This document shows positions 10,701-17,916 of a DNA stretch of 28,306 bases, one piece after another (position 1 is the stretch's first letter; the number at the start of each line of letters is the position of its first letter). The notes beneath the pieces were generated by a model. The model saw only the letters and a list, made by a program, of their open reading frames with translations. It was not told where the DNA came from and ran no database searches. This stretch comes from a bacterium (GTDB lineage: Bacteria > UBP7 > UBA6624 > JBBIMK01), in assembly GCA_037444445.1 (NCBI GenBank), contig JBBIMK010000026.1:1-28306 (forward strand), read 5' to 3'. The translations under genes were made by a program, and so were the position numbers.

Positions 10701-11674
10701 GGATGAATCTGAAAGTATCTGCGATAGATTTCCATGGCCTCTTTGGTTACATCCCGGGTGCCCGGGAGGTTGCGAGCGGCGAAGGATAGCACCTCTTCAT
10801 CCTGCGGGTAATGAATCGCTGCATTCTTCGCCTGTTGAATGGTGGTGTAATCTTTTTCTCCCACTTGTAGTGCATATTTCACGAACACGAGGTCCAGAAT
10901 CGGTGCCCCTCCTGTGTGGCGGGCACAGGATTGGAGCAATTCCACGATTTCAGGGGAGATTTTTTTCGCCCCCGCCACCTTCTTCGCCATCACCTTCGCT
11001 ACCTCCAGCAGAGATGGAAAGGCCGACAGCGCTTCCTGGTAGACCTCCATACTTTCGGCAGAGGTGTCTTCATCCGCCGCCAGCATCCGTGCATAGCGGT
11101 TCAATCCCGCCTTATCCAGGGCTTTCAGGAAATGAAGACGCTGAAGAACGCGACGCTCATCCGCTGCCTTCTCTGGTATCCCGGAATAGATTTTCTGGAG
11201 ATACTTGAAGCCTTTCACCCAGAGTTTATCGCGGTCAACCGCCCGCTCTATCACTTCTATACTCTCGCCGTCCGACTTCCCCTCCTTAATCAGGCATTCC
11301 CCATAACCCACCAGTATGACCGCATCGTCAGGATAGATGGTGAGGGCTTTCCGATAGACCTCCAGAACCGCACGAGCACATTCACCCCGCTTCACATACA
11401 CGCGGGCAAGACTGCGAATCACCTCCGGATTCTCCGGGTCCCGCTGAATCCACCGGCGGTAGAGTTCCAACAACTGCTCCTCGGGATAAGCCTTCCGGTA
11501 TCCCTCCTCCAGAAGGGAAAAAGCCTCGCGCATTCGGGTGAGGTTCGGAGTGACCTCCAGGAGGCGGATGGCTTCCCACAAATACTCCTCCGCCTCCCGA
11601 ATCCGACCTGCTCGAAAGGCTCTCCGGGCATTTCCCATCAGCCTCCCTATCTTCATTCCGGATAGAATTGCCAT
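7763..11674 (-). CDS. Large TPR-repeat protein with a C-terminal degenerate J-like domain
   Basis: 1303-aa uninterrupted ORF. Many A/Y/W/L-patterned 34-residue repeats are present (for example AEEYLWEAIRL and ALEAWERIKAFDPTNRYADFLLSAAY). Near the C-terminus, FYWFLGLEKYATVRDVERRYFKLIKTYGPEKHPEEFILLEEAYQHL resembles a J domain but has HPE in place of HPD. Confidence 0.8.
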   Translation of the reverse strand: MAILSGMKIGRLMGNARRAFRAGRIREAEEYLWEAIRLLEVTPNLTRMREAFSLLEEGYRKAYPEEQLLELYRRWIQRDPENPEVIRSLARVYVKRGECARAVLEVYRKALTIYPDDAVILVGYGECLIKEGKSDGESIEVIERAVDRDKLWVKGFKYLQKIYSGIPEKAADERRVLQRLHFLKALDKAGLNRYARMLAADEDTSAESMEVYQEALSAFPSLLEVAKVMAKKVAGAKKISPEIVELLQSCARHTGGAPILDLVFVKYALQVGEKDYTTIQQAKNAAIHYPQDEEVLSFAARNLPGTRDVTKEAMEIYRRYFQIHPKDREFLAGIVALFSEAGAEDPWVLEIYKAAVTQGVTVPEKGLKRVATLLAQRRDSSPAAGAIYRAAHRLGLRTSAILELLAVDLHRTQEISTLAEEIFRSVFDLTLTREIKLLSAEGIYRQIHSATQIPPAYAVYLDYLLQENRLPEVTPAIVDALAPYYLSRRAQDEKALQVYQGYLQRHPEEKTFRWEVVPFFLQQGITSPFALSLYAKFYEEGGRTPQVLDILLKQELSSPQRSPLFFPIAMDILKYDLPIIRQIPGEIWQEVARFAFQNGRFSEALLAIQKAMDLGITDGELLYLKAKSLLATQKLSESREILQTLGDGFASQRAYWLGVIGFLKGDWEMAHQHFIEATKEKTLAPFALARIGLTFEKQRLPGKAMEVYQKAAGYKSVAGYVWSRIGKLCMQAGQYEAAMDAYRRAISQGEKSVTRELASALYTYATIQAGKGHYPQAAALLSEALKQDWHNKSLWKSAVQMAFRAGLSHYARGQYKEASRWFNETLSLNYKFYQARFYLALSYHHLKEVKKSLVEYEELLRTPLKSDEQVRYYGALAQFEDGRPECVREFYHLFLSAKNKEIQEKAFRALIFSILAMDLPPEITSAIQIPEEEVQATFPPWIYASFLLKLKRYGETIRVLSRSRQEDPDDPRILFFLGLSYLLKGDRSQGLPYWHRIMDLNPAKIGDRKMVVDVYTRIGFFFMEEGFTDKALEAWERIKAFDPTNRYADFLLSAAYKQVGYALAKRDNLREAVMKWDLARRLYPRDLEVLHNLALAFTILGEWKDAARLWKLLQNHWKRELDKTPDMTHYAIWLEESNNFLSSQEDGAKPSATALTRANAEDYLSFVKRANQFYWFLGLEKYATVRDVERRYFKLIKTYGPEKHPEEFILLEEAYQHLTNPKLLEKSLLYTFDPVNLNTLRTELHKYKIFVEDFLFWERNLIPFDQPLKLEPGQEEKEFEELPSVESVFPPLEVETPFNDWHV

Positions 11675-11743
11675 TTTTCCCCTCTACCTTTTCTCCTGCT
11701 TATGATATAATTTCTGTAGTTAATTATAATACAGAAGGAAAAA

Positions 11744-14554
11744 ATGAAAAAGAGGGCGAGGCAACTTTTTATTATCCTTTTCATCTTCCTCTTCCACAGG
11801 GCTTTAGAGCCTGCCTTGCCGATTCTCGGCACACCACAGGAGCTTCCTCCCTCTACTCCTGTAGAGTCCGACTCCACCTTCCCCATCCCTATCCAGGCGG
11901 TGGAAGTGGTGAACCCCCTCACCGGCAGGCTCACCCGTGCCGTTTCAGGTGAGTTACTGATTGTCGCCGAAAAGGGGAAAGAGAAGGATACAGAATCTCT
12001 GCTTTCCTTTCATCACTTTCTCATTCTCCATAAACTTCCCGAAATCTCTGCCTATCGCGTTGCCATTCCCGCGGGGTTCAGTATGGAACAAGCCCTGAAA
12101 CAGGTAGCCGGATGGGCGGGCATCCGCTCTGCGGAGTTTAATTATTTCATGTATCCAGCGGATGTTTTCCCGAATGACCCGAATCTTGCCAGCCAGTGGT
12201 ATCTGGGGAAGATTCGTGCTTTTACCGCATGGGAATACGGAACCGGCACCCCCGCTCAATCTGTGGCAGTAGTGGATACCGGTGTGGATATTCAGCACCC
12301 TGACCTGATGGGTAAAATTCAGCCCGGTGGATGGGATTTTCAACAGAATGATAGCGACCCCTCGGAAGAGCCCTGTGTGGACACCAACAAAAATGGAAAC
12401 TGTGACCAGGGGGAGCCGTCGGGGAATGTGGGACATGGGACCGGGGTTGCTGGCGTCATTGCTGCCGCCACGAATAACGGCATCGGCATCGCAGGGCTGG
12501 CATGGCAGACGAAAATCTTCCCCGTTCGGGTCTTCCCGGCCAACGGCGGCGCCCCCATCTCTCAGATTGCCCAGGGCATCCTGTATGCCGCCAGAGAGCC
12601 TTCCGTCCGCATCATCAACCTGAGCCTCAGCGGACCGGATGATTCCAGCACCCTCCGCGAAGCCATTCAATTCGCCTATTACCGCGGGATTCTAATTGTC
12701 TCTGCCGCCGGCAACAAACCCCCGGATGTGTATCCGGGTGTCTACCCGGAGACCCTTGCGGTGGCTGCCACGGATAACACGGATAAAAGAGCCGATTTCT
12801 CCAATTATGGGGATTGGGTGGACCTTTCTGCCCCAGGGGTCAGTATCTTTTCCACCACCTTCACCCGGCAAAGTCAGCATGCGTATACATCGTGGAATGG
12901 GACGAGTTTTTCCGCTCCGGTGGTATCCGGCGTTGCCGCTCTTCTTTTCGGGCTTCACCCCGCCTGGACCGCCCAGCAAGTGATAGAGCATCTGAAAACC
13001 ACTTCCGACGACATCTCGGTTGCCAACGATTGCAATCAAGACACTCCGCCGGATTGGTGCGGGAAAATGGGCGCCGGGCGGGTGAATGCCTACAAAGCCA
13101 TGCTTGCCGGAGATGTGGAGCCTCCGCTGTGGCTTTCCGCCCGCCCCCTGAAAAATGATTCCGTCCTCCTTCACTTCAATGAACCGTTAAATCCACTGCC
13201 GATTTCTTCCGGTCAGGCGGGATGTTCTTCTCCAGACATTTCCGTATCTCAGATTCGCCTCACCGAGAAGTCGGAGGATGTGGAAGCCTTCACCAGCCCC
13301 CAGCAGGGGGGCAGAACCTATGCCCTCACTTGTTACGGATTTCAGGACCTCAGCGGGAATCAAATGACGCCCGCCCAGAACACCTTCATTGGCACGAATT
13401 CCGTTTGGAATTTCGCCTCCAGCCAGCGAGGCAGTTCCATCTCTCCTGCAGGCACTGGCGCCCTGATTGATAATAACCCCACCACCGCCATCACCGGCCA
13501 GGTCAACCCCACTCCTCCCGATTATACCATTACTCTTCCCTCTATTGAGTGGCTCAACCGCATCGTGGTGCGAGGGGGTGAGCCCGTCCTCCGATACCGC
13601 CTCCGGCTCGGCGTCGACCGGTCCAGCCTGGATACCCTCTGGGAAGGGTATGCCACTTTCGACCAGAGCATCTCCTTCTCTCCCTCCGGAGTAAGATACA
13701 TCCAATTGTCCGTGCTGGAAAGTGCTGAACCGAACGGCATTTTCACTCTTTACGAACTGGAGGCTTACCGGGATGACATCACCCCCCCCGCTCTGGTGAC
13801 CCTCCCCCGCGTTCAAAGCCTCTCTTCCACCTCGGTGAAAGTTACCTGGGCAACGGATGAGCCAGCAGGGGCAGGCGTTTTCTTCCGCACCCTCGGCTCT
13901 CCTGAATATCAAACCGCATCCACCCCTTCCCTGACTTACTCCCACGAATTCACTCTCTCCAATCTGGATTCTCAAACCGCTTACGAATACTATGTGGAGA
14001 ATACCGATGGCTGGGGAAACAAGACGCAATATCCAGAAGTGGCACAGGGAAGTGCCCCCCTGACCTTCTTCACCAATGGCACTTTCAGCGCCTTTCACCA
14101 GCCTCCGAGGAACTTCGGTGTCATCGGGCGGAGCATTCCCCTGTCCCTTCAGGTTACCACCTCCCCTGCCTCCGTTCAATTATTCTACCGGGAATTGGGC
14201 GCCTCCTCTTTCCAGAGCACGGCGATGAATGTGAACGGGCAGTCCGCCACCGGCGCCATCCCCGGCTCCGCCGTCCTCTTCCCCGCTATGGAATATTACT
14301 TCCTCATCCAGATTTCCGGGGAGGGCAGTTTTAACTACCCTCCATCGGGATACTTCCGCATAAATACCACCATCGCTGGCGACGCCAACGGAGACTTCAT
14401 CGTAGATGAGTTAGATGCCTTAGAAGTAGGCTTTGGGCTGGGGCGAACCCTCGCAAGCCCTGACTTTTCACTCAATCAGGATGCCGATGGTAACGGCATC
14501 GTGGATGAGGCGGACATTGCCTTCATCCAGGCTCACTTCAGCGATTCTCCATAA
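11744..14554 (+). CDS. Secreted multidomain subtilisin-like (S8) serine peptidase with a C-terminal dockerin
   Basis: Has a signal peptide (MKKRARQLFIILFIFLF) and the catalytic triad motifs VAVVDTGVD (Asp), HGTGVAGVIAA (His) and GTSFSAPVVSGVAALL (Ser). After these come Ig-like, discoidin/F5-F8-C-like (ALIDNNPTTA...LYELEAY) and FN3-like (VKVTWATDEPA) regions. The C-terminus has two dockerin-type Ca loops, GDANGDFIVDELDALEV and DADGNGIVDEADIAFIQ. Confidence 0.9.
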   Translation: MKKRARQLFIILFIFLFHRALEPALPILGTPQELPPSTPVESDSTFPIPIQAVEVVNPLTGRLTRAVSGELLIVAEKGKEKDTESLLSFHHFLILHKLPEISAYRVAIPAGFSMEQALKQVAGWAGIRSAEFNYFMYPADVFPNDPNLASQWYLGKIRAFTAWEYGTGTPAQSVAVVDTGVDIQHPDLMGKIQPGGWDFQQNDSDPSEEPCVDTNKNGNCDQGEPSGNVGHGTGVAGVIAAATNNGIGIAGLAWQTKIFPVRVFPANGGAPISQIAQGILYAAREPSVRIINLSLSGPDDSSTLREAIQFAYYRGILIVSAAGNKPPDVYPGVYPETLAVAATDNTDKRADFSNYGDWVDLSAPGVSIFSTTFTRQSQHAYTSWNGTSFSAPVVSGVAALLFGLHPAWTAQQVIEHLKTTSDDISVANDCNQDTPPDWCGKMGAGRVNAYKAMLAGDVEPPLWLSARPLKNDSVLLHFNEPLNPLPISSGQAGCSSPDISVSQIRLTEKSEDVEAFTSPQQGGRTYALTCYGFQDLSGNQMTPAQNTFIGTNSVWNFASSQRGSSISPAGTGALIDNNPTTAITGQVNPTPPDYTITLPSIEWLNRIVVRGGEPVLRYRLRLGVDRSSLDTLWEGYATFDQSISFSPSGVRYIQLSVLESAEPNGIFTLYELEAYRDDITPPALVTLPRVQSLSSTSVKVTWATDEPAGAGVFFRTLGSPEYQTASTPSLTYSHEFTLSNLDSQTAYEYYVENTDGWGNKTQYPEVAQGSAPLTFFTNGTFSAFHQPPRNFGVIGRSIPLSLQVTTSPASVQLFYRELGASSFQSTAMNVNGQSATGAIPGSAVLFPAMEYYFLIQISGEGSFNYPPSGYFRINTTIAGDANGDFIVDELDALEVGFGLGRTLASPDFSLNQDADGNGIVDEADIAFIQAHFSDSP

Positions 14555-14579
14555 AAAGAAACCTCTGGACCCTTACATT

Positions 14580-14846
14580 CTAAATCCGGAAGAGCGGGCG
14601 GGAAATGAGTATCCCAACCGCAGAGACGATGAAAAATCCCGTGGCATATCCCAGCGGCAAGCCTAAAAAACCTAAAAACAACCCGTAGAGCGAAATACTT
14701 TCCATTAGCGACCATTTCACCACCAGATTTCTGACCCTCAAGGCAATAAGAAAGGAAACTCCGGAAATGACCAGGAAGATATAGGTGAGAAGAGAGAGGG
14801 AAGAGGGAGAGAAAGGAATTATAGCCCCGAGCCGAAGCCAAATCAA
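14580..14846 (-). CDS. Possible small membrane protein (TTG start)
   Basis: 88-aa ORF with three hydrophobic segments, unlike the overlapping 128-aa ORF, which does not look protein-like. It has a TTG start, no clear RBS, and no recognised family. Confidence 0.3.
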   Translation of the reverse strand: MIWLRLGAIIPFSPSSLSLLTYIFLVISGVSFLIALRVRNLVVKWSLMESISLYGLFLGFLGLPLGYATGFFIVSAVGILISRPLFRI

Positions 14847-15505
14847 CAGGAAAAGATAATACGCCCCTACCGCCGCCAGAAATGCCCACCAGGAATTTAT
14901 CCGTTATCCTTTCTTCCATCTTTTTTCCACATCTCTCCTCTAATTTTACATTAGATGTGAAACAGGTTGTGCGAAGCCAAAAAGTGAGAGAGAAGAAACT
15001 TCATCACTCCATCTGGAGCGTTCTGTTGGGATGAATAAAAAATCATTTGTTTGCTACTGCTCCCCTGTGATGGGCGGAAAGGAATATTTATTCTGAGAAA
15101 GTTGAATGCGTTTTATCACTCTGTAACAAAAAAAATTTTTACGGGATGCAAATAAAAACGCTCCCCAAAAAATCTAAAAACAGGAGTATAAAAAAATTTA
15201 TGGAATGGATGCGTGAATTCCGGAATGCACTGGAAATTGCGTCTATAACAGGGTTACAAAAAATAGAAAGAAATTATTAAAAAAAACGGGACGAGAATTT
15301 TTTTTCTGCTCTTAGATTTTTTTTCTGATTCCTCTCGCGAAAAAAAATTATGCGAATGATTGCGGATGAATTAAATTCAAAGGGTGAGTTGTGAACACAC
15401 GATGAACACGGGGATTGAAAGGTTTTCATTTTTACTTCTCCAAGAACGAGCAAGAAAGTTTTTGAAAATTTCTTACCAAAATTTACCAAAAAATTGACGG
15501 GGAAC

Positions 15506-15534
15506 TTGACAGTTTGAAAAAAGGCTATAATAAT
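15506..15534 (+). promoter_or_regulatory. Candidate sigma70-type promoter for the kamA operon
   Basis: TTGACA at 15506-15511 is followed 17 nt later by AATAAT (15529-15534), overlapping a TATAAT at 15526-15531 (14-nt spacing). It sits about 70 nt upstream of the kamA start, at the end of the AT-rich gap. Confidence 0.3.
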
Positions 15535-15602
15535 TAGTAGTAAGATGAAGCAAAAGGGCAAAATATGGAGGCTCGAAAATCCCATCGGGGGAGGTGTTCG
15601 GC

Positions 15603-16982
15603 ATGAGCCAGGAGTCTGATGCTTCAGAGGCGGACAAACCGCCCTCATCGGTTTCAACGGTAATTGAGCGTACCCCTTCCGCTTACTCTTATGAGAGAAG
15701 ACTTCCTTATTATGAGGGAGTTTTAGAGGAAGAGTGGAACGACTGGAAGTGGCAGTTGCGGAATGCCATCCGAAGCCTGCGACAACTGGAAAAGGTTTTC
15801 CCTTTAACTCCGGAAGAGAGGGAGCAGATTGCCCAGGTGGGGGATGTGTATCCGATATTGATTTCCCCCTACTATCTATCGTTGATAGAGGTGGACAATC
15901 CCCGGGACCCGATTCGTTTGCAGGCCATTCCATCCGTAGAGGAACTGACAGTGGGGCAGGAACTGGAGGAAGACCCCTTAGAGGAGGAGACGGATTCCCC
16001 GGTTCCCGGGCTGACCCATCGGTATCCCGACCGGGTGCTGATGGTCACCACTGATTTTTGCTCCACTTACTGTCGTCATTGCACCCGAAAGCGATTGTTT
16101 CGTGTGGATTTGCCTCGCCAGAAGTTGCCGGACATTGAGGCAATGATGGCTTACATTCGGGAGCACGAGGAAATACACGATGTCATCCTCTCGGGGGGCG
16201 ACCCCCTCACACTCTCCCTGAACAAACTGGAATACATTTTATCCAACCTGCGGAAAATTCCGCATATAGACATTATTCGTCTGGGGAGCCGGGTCCCCGT
16301 TACCCTGCCCCAGCGCCTGTTTGACAAAGAACTACTCAGTATGCTGGAGAAATATGGACCCCTCTGGTGTAACACCCACTTTAACCATCCCAATGAGGTG
16401 ACGAAAGAGGCCTCTCTGGCGGTGAAAAACCTTCTGTCGGTGGGCATACCGGTAAACAATCAAACGGTTTTATTAAAGGGCGTGAACGACGATGTGGACA
16501 CAATGCGTCAGTTATGTCGCGCCCTATTACGCATCCGGTGCCGACCCTACTATCTCTTCCACTGCGACCCGGTTCGGGGAGCGGCTCACTTCCGCACCTC
16601 CATCTGGAAAGGTATTGAAATCGTGGAAGGCTTGCGCGGGCACATCTCGGGATTGGGAGTGCCTCTATATGTGGTGGATGCCCCCGGCGGTGGCGGGAAA
16701 ATCCCCATTATGCCTAACTACATCCTCTCCGCCAATGACCAGAGCGTGATTCTGAGAAATTACGAAGGGCTGATTGTGAAATACCACCCCTTCGGCGCTC
16801 CTGCCAGAGCCTCATCCCATCCCCCCATCAACGGGAAAAAAATGGATAAAGTGGGAATTATTCGCCTTCTCCAGGGCGAAGAAGGAACCCTCTCGTCTGT
16901 GAAAAGTCCACGATTGGAGCGGAGGAAGCATGCGCGTCGGAATCGCTTACGACCTGAAGAGCGATTACCCCACGAACCCTGA
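15603..16982 (+). CDS. kamA: Lysine 2,3-aminomutase (radical SAM, PLP-dependent)
   Basis: The ATG at 15603 is preceded by GGGGGAGG; the track start at 15594 is a GTG. Motifs are WNDWKWQLRN, TDSPVPGLTHRYPDRVL, the radical-SAM CSTYCRHCTRKR, and VVDAPGGGGKIPIMPNY (PLP lysine). The whole length aligns by eye with clostridial KamA. Both Asp positions that I recall binding the lysine epsilon-amino group are retained (HCDPV, VVDAP). Confidence 0.9.
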   Translation: MSQESDASEADKPPSSVSTVIERTPSAYSYERRLPYYEGVLEEEWNDWKWQLRNAIRSLRQLEKVFPLTPEEREQIAQVGDVYPILISPYYLSLIEVDNPRDPIRLQAIPSVEELTVGQELEEDPLEEETDSPVPGLTHRYPDRVLMVTTDFCSTYCRHCTRKRLFRVDLPRQKLPDIEAMMAYIREHEEIHDVILSGGDPLTLSLNKLEYILSNLRKIPHIDIIRLGSRVPVTLPQRLFDKELLSMLEKYGPLWCNTHFNHPNEVTKEASLAVKNLLSVGIPVNNQTVLLKGVNDDVDTMRQLCRALLRIRCRPYYLFHCDPVRGAAHFRTSIWKGIEIVEGLRGHISGLGVPLYVVDAPGGGGKIPIMPNYILSANDQSVILRNYEGLIVKYHPFGAPARASSHPPINGKKMDKVGIIRLLQGEEGTLSSVKSPRLERRKHARRNRLRPEERLPHEP

Positions 16983-17916
16983 TGCTCCCCAGGACCTGTT
17001 AGAAGAATACGATTCTCCTGAAACGATTGCCGCTTTAGTAGAGGCTCTGCATTCCCTCGGTCATGAGCCTGTGCCGCTGGGCGGTGGCCCTTCTTTCCTG
17101 CAAAAAATTTTATCCACCCGAGTAGAACTGGTATTCAACCTGGCTGAAGGCAGGCAGGGCTTCCGAAGCCGTGAAGCCCATATCCCCGCCGTTCTGGAAC
17201 TTTTAGGCATCCCCTACACGGGCTCCGACCCGTTAACTCTTGCCCTGACTCTGGAGAAATCTCTGACCCTGAAAGTGGTGGCTTCCGCCGGTGTCCCTAC
17301 ACCTCACTTCACCACCGTAAATGGCGCCGACAGCCTTACCCCTCCTTTCTCTTTCCCTCTGATTGCCAAGCCCGTTCACGAAGGCTCCAGTATGGGCTTG
17401 CGCCGCCACTCCAAAATCCTGACCCCTTCTGCTTACCAGCAGGAAATTCAGCGCCTCCGCTCGGATTATCATCAACCCATCCTCGTCCAGGAATTTCTGG
17501 AAGGACCGGAATATACCATTGGCATTCTGGGCAACGGAAAGACCGCTCGGGTTCTCGGCATTATGGAAATTCATCCGAAACTCGCGCCCGTTCCTGAATT
17601 TGTTTATTCCATTGAGGTGAAGCGAAACTTCCGGGAGGAAGTGGAATATCGGGTGAATAATGACCTGCCCCGTCCCCTTCGCCAGGCCCTGGAAACTTTT
17701 GCTCTCACCGCTTACCAGGCCCTCGGATGCCGGGATGTAGCACGGATGGATTTCCGCCTTTCTTCCGATGGCACGCCCCGCTTTCTGGAAGTGAACCCCC
17801 TGCCCGGCCTCCACCCCGTCACCAGCGACCTGCCGATTATGGCTTATGCTGTGGGGTTGAGTTATCAAGACCTGATTGGGGAGATATTGCATCATGCCCG
17901 CGGTAGATATGGATAA
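16930..17916 (+). CDS. D-alanine--D-alanine ligase-like ATP-grasp ligase (substrate unknown)
   Basis: The ATG at 16930 is preceded by GGAGCGGAGGAAGC and overlaps the kamA 3' end by 53 nt. Ddl-family features are MRVGIAYDL..., LLGIPYTGSDPLTLALTLEKSLTLKV, KPVHEGSSMGL and FLEVNPLPGL. Confidence 0.85.
   Translation: MRVGIAYDLKSDYPTNPDAPQDLLEEYDSPETIAALVEALHSLGHEPVPLGGGPSFLQKILSTRVELVFNLAEGRQGFRSREAHIPAVLELLGIPYTGSDPLTLALTLEKSLTLKVVASAGVPTPHFTTVNGADSLTPPFSFPLIAKPVHEGSSMGLRRHSKILTPSAYQQEIQRLRSDYHQPILVQEFLEGPEYTIGILGNGKTARVLGIMEIHPKLAPVPEFVYSIEVKRNFREEVEYRVNNDLPRPLRQALETFALTAYQALGCRDVARMDFRLSSDGTPRFLEVNPLPGLHPVTSDLPIMAYAVGLSYQDLIGEILHHARGRYG

Noticed and set aside
743-14179. Long antisense ORFs inside confident genes (743..1435 -, 5167..5739 +, 5992..6603 +, 10037..10666 +, 10916..11665 +, 11954..12670 -, 13187..14179 -; also 17233..17895 - just beyond this range)
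   Set aside because: Each lies fully within a gene that has clear family motifs on the other strand. Their sequences are Arg/Gly/Pro-rich shadow-frame products with no recognisable motifs.
14533-14919. 128-aa minus-strand ORF overlapping the small membrane-protein ORF
   Set aside because: Its composition (Gly/Arg/Phe-rich, no clear domains or TM pattern) looks like a shadow frame. The overlapping 88-aa frame is the more protein-like of the two, and even that call is weak.
15476-15492. 14-nt match AAAATTTACCAAAA shared between the kamA upstream gap and the Cys-rich gene 1 promoter region (about 23908-23921)
   Set aside because: A rough estimate gives a few chance 14-mer matches in a window this size when both strands are counted, more so in AT-rich sequence. 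It is not significant on its own.
14920-15593. Chromosomal replication origin (oriC) in the AT-rich gap
   Set aside because: Only imperfect DnaA-box-like strings are present (for example TTTTCCACA near 14925). There is no cluster of consensus boxes and no dnaA, dnaN or gidA context. The idea is unsupported.
15400-15602. Lysine riboswitch (L-box) in the kamA leader
   Set aside because: I could not find the conserved L-box core segments or a plausible multi-helix junction in the ~70-nt leader. An Infernal scan would be needed to exclude it formally.
15277-15933. 218-aa minus-strand ORF across the AT-rich gap
   Set aside because: Its translation is dominated by homopolymer-derived low-complexity sequence (FFRERNQKKNLRAEKKFSSRFF). 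It also overlaps the well-supported kamA 5' end on the opposite strand.
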